Position numbers and translations under genes: made by a program
NCBI GenBank assembly: GCA_001940825.1
Contig: MSGT01000061.1
Coordinates: forward strand, 1,887-65,886
Length of the DNA stretch: 64,000 bases
Source: Sphaerochaeta sp. Phil3
GTDB lineage: Bacteria; Spirochaetota; Spirochaetia; Sphaerochaetales; Sphaerochaetaceae
Direction: 5' to 3'
Notes under the pieces: generated by a model
What the model saw: the letters and a program-made list of their open reading frames with translations, nothing else
What the model was told of the DNA's origin: nothing
Databases searched by the model: none
In this document: positions 56,700-63,656 of the stretch, one piece after another
Position numbering within the stretch: the stretch's first letter is position 1
Layout of the letters: each line of letters opens with the position of its first letter

Positions 56700-56962
56700 C
56701 CACATACGCGGACCTCCGGAAGACGGGATCTGAAGTCCTCATAGAATCGCTGTGCCTCTGAGCTGAACTGCTCCCATGAGCCGAAGCCCAGACGGGCGGC
56801 TATGTCCTCCTGTATTCGTCTGGACTTGCGCTGTCCGAGCAGAACCTCCTTGACGGTCTGCGGCGAGCATCCTGCTCCGTCGGAGAGGGCTGAGAACGTC
56901 CTTCCGGTGGCCCGGAGGATCAGATATGCATATGAATGGAGTGCTGTGTTTGGATTGCTCAT
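56696..56962 (-). CDS. Ner-like HTH DNA-binding protein
   Basis: LILRATGRTFSALSDGAGCSPQTVKEVLLGQRKSRRIQEDIAARLG parallels the Ner/Nlp family. It sits immediately upstream of the transposase. Confidence 0.65.
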   Translation of the reverse strand: MSNPNTALHSYAYLILRATGRTFSALSDGAGCSPQTVKEVLLGQRKSRRIQEDIAARLGFGSWEQFSSEAQRFYEDFRSRLPEVRVCG

Positions 56963-57153
56963 GCCTTGCCTGCACTTCTGTATCCCGCTTCTTCGAGGAA
57001 CATGACCATGTCCCAGAGATGATCTAGCTTTTTGTGGGCCTTTTTCCTGTCCTCAATGGACTTATCCACGTTTTTTTCTGATGTTTCCCAGAAGATGAAT
57101 CCGTATACGTTTTCAAGCATCTTCTCGAACTTCCTGGCCTGTCTGTGTGTCAT
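56959..57153 (-). CDS. Prophage small hypothetical protein
   Basis: 64-aa ORF with AAGGAGAA upstream, translationally coupled downstream. Confidence 0.5.
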   Translation of the reverse strand: MTHRQARKFEKMLENVYGFIFWETSEKNVDKSIEDRKKAHKKLDHLWDMVMFLEEAGYRSAGKA

Positions 57154-57176
57154 ATGGTTTCTCCTTGATATTGGGT

Positions 57177-57962
57177 TCAGTAGGTGAGTGTGCCGGCGGC
57201 ATCCCTCATGAGGAGCTCGGCGACGAAACGGGTGACCTCCGGACGCGCAGCATCCGAGATGTCCTCAAGGGCGGCCTTTGCGAGCTGGAAGATGGAGACC
57301 TGCTTCTGGATGGGGACCACCTTGGTCGTGTCCTTCTCATAGGCCTTGCAGAGGCGCATGTATGTCCTCGGATCGGCGTTGTAGGATCCGATGCGCTCTG
57401 CAAGGGTCTCGAGATAGGGCTGGTCGAAGAGCCAGATCTGGCCGCCTTCGTCTATGTACTGGTCAAAGCTGTCAGCCATGGCTATGCGGTTGAGCTCGGC
57501 GGCCCGGAGCTCCTTCTGGTAGCGGGCCTCGAAGGCCTTGATCCAGCCTTCCGGGCGCCAGGAGGAGTCTCCGATATGCTCCACCACCAGCTGGAGAAGC
57601 TCCCGATAGCGTTGCTCCAGAAGGTCCTTTGCCTCTTCAACCGTCAGAAGACGGTCCTCCTCTGGGATGTAGAGGGCAAGCCAACGGTCGGCGGTACGCT
57701 TAACAAGGCCGATGTCGTTGCAATAACCTTCCCATGTTAAAGGTGTTAACCTTGGGACATTTGTCCCGAAGTCTGCATTTGAAGCATCTGAGATACGGTT
57801 TTTGTCGCTCCTGTATCCTTGACACGACAATGCTTCATGTGCTGCATACAGCTCGCGGACAAGGTCCAGACTGACCTTTTTGAAAGCAGAAACAAGGTCT
57901 TTTGTTCTCTCAACTGATTTTTCATAGTTCCAGGGTTCCAACACAGTCAATTCGTTTGCCAT
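57177..57962 (-). CDS. First early-operon protein, function unknown (compositionally chimeric)
   Basis: Start MANELTV at 57962 after GGAGAA. The 5' ~240 nt are about 43 % GC and the rest about 66 % GC (my counts of 57721-57840 and 57481-57600). Confidence 0.55.
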   Translation of the reverse strand: MANELTVLEPWNYEKSVERTKDLVSAFKKVSLDLVRELYAAHEALSCQGYRSDKNRISDASNADFGTNVPRLTPLTWEGYCNDIGLVKRTADRWLALYIPEEDRLLTVEEAKDLLEQRYRELLQLVVEHIGDSSWRPEGWIKAFEARYQKELRAAELNRIAMADSFDQYIDEGGQIWLFDQPYLETLAERIGSYNADPRTYMRLCKAYEKDTTKVVPIQKQVSIFQLAKAALEDISDAARPEVTRFVAELLMRDAAGTLTY

Positions 57963-58007
57963 TGGTTCTCCTTGAACTCCAAAATGGAGTAGTGTAATAT
58001 GGGGTAA

Positions 58008-58103
58008 GGTTATTTTTAACCCTAATTTAGAATAAATCTGAAATGGATTATTTGTCAACTCCTATTTGGATTTTTTGAATTTAAAAATCTATTTAAGATT
58101 TTT
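58008..58103. promoter_or_regulatory. Immunity-region operators between the divergent early operon and the repressor
   Basis: Palindromes GGTTA-TTTT-TAACC (58008-58021) and AAAAATCT-ATTTA-AGATTTTT (58083-58103). Further AAATC/GATTT half-sites lie at 58034-58038 and 58069-58075. Confidence 0.5.
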
Positions 58104-58117
58104 TTGAGGTGCTATAT

Positions 58118-58804
58118 ATGTTGAGGCTAAAGGAAGTTCGCGAATCGACAAAACTGTCACAGAAGGCATTTGGATCCTCGTTGGGTTTATCTCAGGGTAC
58201 ATATCAGAAATATGAATCCGGAATGGCGTCATTTCCCGATGACCTCAAAGCCCAACTGGCCGACAAATACGGCATCAACCTTCACTGGCTCATCACCGGT
58301 CAGGGGTCGATGCATATAGGGGAGAACCCGGAGACATCGGCCTTCACGCATGCGCGCGCGAATGATGATATAAGGGAGGACGTGCTGAAGGACAGCGTGG
58401 TCGTGGCAATGACAAGCCTCCGTGTCAGTGCCGGCCCGGGGCAGGACTGGTCGGAGGCGGATGTGACGGGCGAGAAGCTGTGCATCCCCAAGCGCGTGGC
58501 CAGACGATATCCCCGGAACTCGGACTTCGCCGGGGCCCAGGTGGTGGGGGACAGCATGGAACCGACGCTGCATGACGGCGAGCCTGTGGTGTACGTGCGC
58601 GAGTTCATCCAGGGCGACGGCATCTACGTGCTGGCTGTCAACGGGGAGCTGCTGGTCAAACGGCTGCAGTTCGACAGGATCTTCAACAGGCTCCACATCA
58701 TCAGCGACAACACCAAGTACCGGCCTGTGGAGATCCCGCTGGAGGGGCTGGACAACGTCCGGATCCTGGGCAAGGTTGTCATCTGGGTGCACGGTGAGGT
58801 GTGA
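58118..58804 (+). CDS. Prophage repressor, XRE-type HTH + S24 (LexA/CI-like) autopeptidase domain
   Basis: LRLKEVRESTKLSQKAFGSSLGLSQGTYQKYESG is the HTH. GDSMEPTLHDGEPVVY...LVKRL is the Ser-Lys dyad. ATG at 58118 after GAGG. Confidence 0.85.
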   Translation: MLRLKEVRESTKLSQKAFGSSLGLSQGTYQKYESGMASFPDDLKAQLADKYGINLHWLITGQGSMHIGENPETSAFTHARANDDIREDVLKDSVVVAMTSLRVSAGPGQDWSEADVTGEKLCIPKRVARRYPRNSDFAGAQVVGDSMEPTLHDGEPVVYVREFIQGDGIYVLAVNGELLVKRLQFDRIFNRLHIISDNTKYRPVEIPLEGLDNVRILGKVVIWVHGEV

Positions 58805-58863
58805 TAGTGGATTTTCTCTTTGCCTTAGCTTATTATAGGTCTCACAGAGATTGGAGGTGAACC

Positions 58864-60405
58864 ATGGTTGATTATTCCAAATGGAAGATCAGTAACGAAA
58901 TACCTGTAACAGAGGTTAAACTAGATAAACTTAACCCCAGAATGCCTGAGAACTCAGAGTCCCTGACGCAAGAAGACATTTTGAATTTGATGGTCAATGA
59001 CTACAAGATAATAGAGCTTGCAGAATCAATCGCAATGAAAGGTTTTATGCCTTTGGACAATATGGTCATAACATATGAGGATGGCATTCCTGTGGTTCTG
59101 GAGGGAAACAGAAGAGTTGCTGCATTGAAACTGTTAATCAATCCTGCTATGGCCCCTATTAAGGAAAGACCAAAATATGAAGCTTTAAGTGCCCAGATTG
59201 ACGTATCGATGATCATGAATCCAAACTTTGCTATTGCTCCAAACCGGGAAGCTGCAAGCCCACTGATTCTTGACAGGCATACAGTTGCAACAGAGATTCC
59301 GTGGTCTTCAATTATGCAGGCGGAATTTCACCGTGATATTCTTCGAAAGCGAGGACTTGAAATCCCGACCAAAGAAGTTCTTGAGGAATTCAATCTTAAA
59401 GAGAAGGAGATGACGGATTCACTTTTAAGGCTGGATATATATGAGAAGGCGTGTTCATTTTCTTATCCTTCCTCTTCGATTGATCGGAAAGTGAAAGACA
59501 AACTTAGTTTTGAAATTACAACTCTTGAAAGACTCGTCAATCCTTCAATCAGCCAAAAGCGTTTCAAATACAGGATTTCCAATGGAAAATTGACAGTTCT
59601 AGATGAAGCCTTGTTCAATGCATTTCTCAGATCGGTTGTTATCCATATGTATGAGCCGATTGAAGGTCTCCAGAGAATCACTTCCAGAAGTGCCAATAAA
59701 ACCGAGCAGATTGATAAGTACCTCAGAGCTATAAGACATGAAATCATAACAGCTGCTTCAAGAGACGAGACTTCAGATGAACAGGAAGGACAACCGGCAG
59801 ATAATGATGATAATTATTCTGACAAGAATATATCCGAACCTGTTGAAATAGCCACTGGGGAGGGAGAGTCAAACAGAATAGTTCCATCTGGAAGTTCAAG
59901 ACGGCAACCCAAGCGAAGAACAGTTCATTCTAATGAATTGAGATTCGAATACAGTTCTCCCGCCAATCAGCGCATATATGATGAGCTTGGAAGACTATCC
60001 GTCAAAGATGCGCCATCATGTGCAACAATAGCCATAAGGGTTCTGTTGGAACGAACAATAAAATCCTACCTTAGACGAATGAAAAAGAGGACGGTTCCTG
60101 TTACAACTGACGGAAATAAGAAAAAAGTCCCAATTGCAGATGCAACATTTGGCGATATTATAGACTGGATAACTCAAGATGATTCCGATATTGTATTGGA
60201 TCCAGAAATCAGAAGAAGCTTGAAGAAGTTCAAACGAGCAGAAAACTCAAATATACTCTCATTGAGTATGCTGAATGCTGTTATTCATGAACAATTTCAG
60301 GTTATCTATAAGGATAGTGTATTTGCCATCTGGGATAATCTTGCACCCATATTGGAATATTTTATGAATCGACCGGAAACAAACGCAGAAAGTATGGCCA
60401 TCTAG
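58864..60405 (+). CDS. ParB/Srx-fold N-terminal domain protein with acidic linker and unassigned helical C-terminal domain
   Basis: LDKLNPR...LAESIAMKGFMPLDNMVITYEDGIPVVLEGNRRVAALKLL is the ParB N-terminal GxxRxxA arginine patch. Then a DETSDEQEGQPADNDDNYSD linker, then a C-terminal ~155 aa containing LSMLNAVIHEQF. About 40 % GC. Confidence 0.7.
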   Translation: MVDYSKWKISNEIPVTEVKLDKLNPRMPENSESLTQEDILNLMVNDYKIIELAESIAMKGFMPLDNMVITYEDGIPVVLEGNRRVAALKLLINPAMAPIKERPKYEALSAQIDVSMIMNPNFAIAPNREAASPLILDRHTVATEIPWSSIMQAEFHRDILRKRGLEIPTKEVLEEFNLKEKEMTDSLLRLDIYEKACSFSYPSSSIDRKVKDKLSFEITTLERLVNPSISQKRFKYRISNGKLTVLDEALFNAFLRSVVIHMYEPIEGLQRITSRSANKTEQIDKYLRAIRHEIITAASRDETSDEQEGQPADNDDNYSDKNISEPVEIATGEGESNRIVPSGSSRRQPKRRTVHSNELRFEYSSPANQRIYDELGRLSVKDAPSCATIAIRVLLERTIKSYLRRMKKRTVPVTTDGNKKKVPIADATFGDIIDWITQDDSDIVLDPEIRRSLKKFKRAENSNILSLSMLNAVIHEQFQVIYKDSVFAIWDNLAPILEYFMNRPETNAESMAI

Positions 60406-60429
60406 GACTAAAAATGAGATAATAGGTTT

Positions 60430-61284
60430 ATGTTCAGATCTACGTCACCTTTGCGATATCCTGGCGGAAAGCAGAAAATGGCTCCGTATCTCAAGCAGAT
60501 AATTAGGCTGAACAGGCTTGATGATGGTCTGTATGCGGAGCCATATGCAGGTGGGGCTGGGTTGGCTTTGGATTTACTGTTTTCTGAGAAAATATACTAT
60601 CTCCGTTTGAATGATGCTGATTCCAACATCTTTTCATTTTGGCAGAGTGTACTTGAAGAGACTGAAGCCTTGTGTGACTTGATTATGGGGACTCCTGTCA
60701 CCATTGAAGAATGGGAAAAGCAGAGGACAATCCTGAATGACAAATCTGCAAGCAGGGATCTTAATCATGGTTTCGCAACTTTTTTTCTCAATCGATGTAA
60801 TCGGTCGGGGATTCTAAAGGGTGGACCAATAGGCGGAAAAAACCAGACAGGGAAATGGAAGATAGATGCAAGGTTCAACAAGGTGGAGCTTGTCAAACGA
60901 ATCAGAAAGATTTCCTATTACAAGACCCGCATCAAGATATTCAATCTCGATGCGCTGGATTTTCTGAATGAGATAAAGCCTGATCTGTCTTCTCATCCGT
61001 CACTGATATATCTTGATCCTCCTTATTATCAGAAAGGGCCAGATCTTTATCTGAATGCATATGGGCCTGATGACCACAGAAAGGTGGCCGAGTTCATGAA
61101 AGGGGAGTTTCGAAACTACAATTGGATTATCTCATATGACAACTGTAATCAGATTGCAGAGCTATACAGTGATTTACGATGTTCCCGCCAAATCCTGAAC
61201 TACAGTGTCTCTTCCAAACCTAAAAGAGGTGAAGAGCTGGTCTTTTTCTCTCCATCTCTGAAGGTTCCGCAGGAGAGTACATGA
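60430..61284 (+). CDS. D12-class (Dam-family) N6-adenine DNA methyltransferase
   Basis: RYPGGK, EPYAGGAG (SAM loop) and LDPPY (catalytic motif IV). It lies 24 bp after the ParB-like gene. Confidence 0.85.
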   Translation: MFRSTSPLRYPGGKQKMAPYLKQIIRLNRLDDGLYAEPYAGGAGLALDLLFSEKIYYLRLNDADSNIFSFWQSVLEETEALCDLIMGTPVTIEEWEKQRTILNDKSASRDLNHGFATFFLNRCNRSGILKGGPIGGKNQTGKWKIDARFNKVELVKRIRKISYYKTRIKIFNLDALDFLNEIKPDLSSHPSLIYLDPPYYQKGPDLYLNAYGPDDHRKVAEFMKGEFRNYNWIISYDNCNQIAELYSDLRCSRQILNYSVSSKPKRGEELVFFSPSLKVPQEST

Positions 61285-61307
61285 TAAGACAGAAAGTGTC
61301 TGAATAT

Positions 61308-61334
61308 TACCCAAAAATACCGAATACTACCGAA
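61308..61334. repeat. Three helically phased TACC(C/G)AA repeats
   Basis: TACC starts at 61308, 61318 and 61328, an exact 10-bp spacing. Confidence 0.6.
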
Positions 61335-61382
61335 AAACATCTGGTTTTAACTTGACCTGGGAAATTTTTACCCTTGGAAATC

Positions 61383-61412
61383 TTGACGAATCCGGATTCA
61401 TGAACTAATAAT
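61383..61412 (+). promoter_or_regulatory. Candidate sigma-70 promoter for the DUF3800 leader
   Basis: TTGACG at 61383-61388, an 18-bp spacer, then AATAAT at 61407-61412. Confidence 0.5.
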
Positions 61413-61419
61413 ATAAACG

Positions 61420-61522
61420 CAGGTACACGTTACGCTGTATACCCGGGTAACCGAACGTGAGTTTAAGCGTCATGTAATGGCGCCGGCCCCGGGGAGGGAA
61501 CCGCCTTAGGGCGGTTTTCCTT
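61420..61522 (+). ncRNA. Candidate structured 5' leader / DUF3800-associated RNA element ending in a terminator-like hairpin
   Basis: P1 pairs 61427-61436 with 61466-61475. Palindrome TACCCGGGTA at 61440-61449. GC block GGCGCCGGCCCCGGGG at 61479-61494. Hairpin AACCGCC-TTAG-GGCGGTT at 61499-61516, followed by TTCCTT. Confidence 0.4.
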
Positions 61523-61538
61523 ATGTATGGGGTCTTGA

Positions 61539-62234
61539 GTGAACATTTTCGTCTATTCTGATGAGTCCGGAGTATTTGATAGATTGCATAATGATCTCTT
61601 TGTCTTTGCCGGTCTGATTATTCTTTCTTCCTCAAGCAAAGAGGAATGGTCCAGAAGGTATTCTGCGGCGGAAAGAAGAATCCGGATTGCCGGGAAATAC
61701 GAAAAAGGCCAAGAGCTGAAAGCCTCGTTTGTTACCAACGGCGAGAAGCTTGAGTTGTATAAGGCTCTGAACGGTTGTTACAAATTCGCTGTAGTGGTTC
61801 GGCAGCAGAGACTTCTCAAATCGATTTTCGATTCAAAGAAAGACAAGCAAAGATATTTGGATTATGCATACAAGATAGGGGTCAAACGAGCACTGGAACA
61901 GTTGATTGAGAAAGGAATCATCAGATCTGAAGAAGTCGAGAACATGTATTTCTTCGTCGATGAACATACTACCGCAACCAATGGCTGCTATGAGCTGAAA
62001 GAGGCTTTGGAACGGGAATTCAAAAACGGAACATACAACTACAACTGGGACAAGTTCTTTCCTCCGATATTTCCTTCCGTCAAGACCGTGAATCTTGAGT
62101 ACTGCAATTCCTCCACCAAAATATTGGTTAGGGCGGCAGATGTCGTAGCCAACCGTATTTTCTATCTCGCAAAAAACAGTCTTCTTAATACTCTTTGTGA
62201 TGCAAAGGTGTTGTTGTCCTCATTGCCTTATTGA
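61539..62234 (+). CDS. DUF3800-family protein
   Basis: GTG start. N-terminal IFVYSDESG (DES motif) and ~230 aa size match my recollection of DUF3800. About 40 % GC. Confidence 0.6.
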   Translation: MNIFVYSDESGVFDRLHNDLFVFAGLIILSSSSKEEWSRRYSAAERRIRIAGKYEKGQELKASFVTNGEKLELYKALNGCYKFAVVVRQQRLLKSIFDSKKDKQRYLDYAYKIGVKRALEQLIEKGIIRSEEVENMYFFVDEHTTATNGCYELKEALEREFKNGTYNYNWDKFFPPIFPSVKTVNLEYCNSSTKILVRAADVVANRIFYLAKNSLLNTLCDAKVLLSSLPY

Positions 62235-62287
62235 TTGAGATTCCCTTTTTATTCCTCTTGGTAAAGTGATACCAGGAGGGTTTTCTT

Positions 62288-62653
62288 ATGTCATACATTG
62301 CAACGAAACTCGTGATACTGGTACCGATCCTGAACTCTCTGGGTCAAGTGATCAAGAAATGGCTCTTCCCGGATGATCCTAAGAGAACTCCGAAGCTGCC
62401 CAAGCTCAGGGCGGTGTTCCTCAGGCTCTTCCCATCGAAGAAACGCATATCGATACTCATCCTCTCACTGGCTTTCATGTTCTCCACAATCTGGGGCTTC
62501 GTGCAATCGACGTACTCAGGCTGGAGGCTTGTGGTCGATGCGGTGGTGTATTTCGGCCTTCTGCAGGGCCTTCTGGTCGGCTTGTCCGCCATGGGTGCGT
62601 TCGATACCGTCCATGCCTTCAGAAAGACAGGGAAGGAGGAGGCCGGTGAGTGA
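62288..62653 (+). CDS. Putative holin-like membrane protein (three TM segments, charged C-terminus)
   Basis: Hydrophobic segments IATKLVILVPILNSLGQVI, ISILILSLAFMFSTIWGFV and VVDAVVYFGLLQGLLVGLSAMGAF, with tail RKTGKEEAGE. AGGAGGG lies upstream. It is the first GC-normal gene after the cargo island. Confidence 0.4.
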   Translation: MSYIATKLVILVPILNSLGQVIKKWLFPDDPKRTPKLPKLRAVFLRLFPSKKRISILILSLAFMFSTIWGFVQSTYSGWRLVVDAVVYFGLLQGLLVGLSAMGAFDTVHAFRKTGKEEAGE

Positions 62654-63153
62654 GAACTTCAGGGAGACTTTCAAGGCCGTCCTTCTGGCGGTTCTGGTTG
62701 TGCTGTTTCTTCCTCTTGTGCTTGTGTGCTGCATCCTTGTGGGCAGAAGATCTTCCGGATCCGGCGACGATGACAGAGGATCAGATATTGTCGGAGCTGG
62801 AGAGTCTGTTGGCAGAGCAGCTGACGACGTCTCTGGAGCGGCAGGACAGTCTGCAGAACTTGCAGACGAAGTTGCAACAGTCGCAGCTGCAGCTGGAGAG
62901 TCTGCAGAATCAGCTGAGGACATTGCAAGACAGCTCCATGACACTGAAGAGCAGCTTGTCCGCCTTGAGTCTGGACTTGGACAGGATATCAACAGGATTG
63001 AGAGACTCAAGCAGCTTGCTGCTGAGCTTAGGAGAAGATATCAAGAAAGAGTCAGCCAGGGCCAGAACCCGTGAGACCGTGCTGATCAGCATATGCGGAG
63101 TGTCTTTAGGTGCGGTGCTGGTCATGCTTGTGGCGGGTTTCATCAGCAGGTGA
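62650..63153 (+). CDS. Signal-peptide / coiled-coil / C-terminal TM protein (spanin-like topology)
   Basis: GTGA start/stop overlap with the holin-like gene. Leu/Gln heptad region, then C-terminal helix VLISICGVSLGAVLVMLVAGFI. Codons are almost all G/C-ending, as in neighbouring late genes. A competing frame is treated in findings. Confidence 0.5.
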   Translation: MRTSGRLSRPSFWRFWLCCFFLLCLCAASLWAEDLPDPATMTEDQILSELESLLAEQLTTSLERQDSLQNLQTKLQQSQLQLESLQNQLRTLQDSSMTLKSSLSALSLDLDRISTGLRDSSSLLLSLGEDIKKESARARTRETVLISICGVSLGAVLVMLVAGFISR

Positions 63154-63161
63154 ACAGCTGT

Positions 63162-63284
63162 TGAACGGGCGTTCACCGTCTAAGAATGGCGGAACGTCCG
63201 TTCAGATACAATTGAACAGTGCCATAGGGTTTTCCTTGATTGAGGCCACTGCCCGGCAAGAAACCGAGCGGTGGCCTTTTGATT
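63162..63284 (+). terminator. Two consecutive strong stem-loops; the second is followed by a T-run
   Basis: 13-bp stem 63162-63174 / 63192-63204. Second stem AGGCCAC...GTGGCCT (63243-63277), with inner pairing, followed by TTTTGATT. Confidence 0.5.
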
Positions 63285-63311
63285 AAGGATCCATGGCGAA
63301 GAGGAGATTCC

Positions 63312-63653
63312 ATGGGAGAAGCCGTTTCCTATGCAAAGAGTTTCGGGGACATCCCCGTTCTGATCATTGTGCTTTTCGTTTTCATCGCGCTTCTGGGCTG
63401 GCTGATCAAGCAGATGTCGAGCATCAGCAAGACGGTGAAGGAGCTTGAGAGCAAGGTGGATGCCAAGAATGCGGAGCAGGATGAAAAGATCGTGTATCTG
63501 CAGCAGCACTATGTGACCAAGGAGGACATGTTCCAGCAGTTCGGCGGCTGGCGCACCGAGATAGGGAAAATCAGTGATCAGGTCACGAAGCTGTCAGATA
63601 ACGTCAACAGACAGATTCTGCATCTCACAGAGATGATCACGAAGGAGAAGTGA
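63312..63653 (+). CDS. Small N-terminal-TM coiled-coil protein of Mu-like late region
   Basis: ATG at 63312 after GAGGAG. TM helix IPVLIIVLFVFIALLGWLI, then a coiled coil. Size and topology recall DUF2730-type proteins of Mu-like phages (low certainty). Confidence 0.5.
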   Translation: MGEAVSYAKSFGDIPVLIIVLFVFIALLGWLIKQMSSISKTVKELESKVDAKNAEQDEKIVYLQQHYVTKEDMFQQFGGWRTEIGKISDQVTKLSDNVNRQILHLTEMITKEK

Positions 63654-63656
63654 TTT

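Noticed and set aside
55362-58792. Plus/minus shadow ORFs in the GC-rich prophage backbone (55362..56105, 57147..57740, 58229..58792)
   Set aside because: High GC suppresses stop codons in non-coding frames. Each one is overlapped by a gene with clear motifs (transposase, early protein, S24 repressor).
61440-61449. TACCCGGGTA and the CCCCGGGG block read as simple RNA hairpins
   Set aside because: These are perfect palindromes without loop nucleotides, so they cannot fold on themselves. They can only pair with distant segments or act at the DNA level, so I list them only as parts of the leader.
62373-62645. 5' part of the 233-aa ORF 62373..63074, overlapping the holin-like gene
   Set aside because: The translation here (RELRSCPSSGRCSSGSSHRRNAYRYSS) is an off-frame reading of the holin-like gene. 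Only the part after the internal GTG at 62646 is worth testing (see finding).
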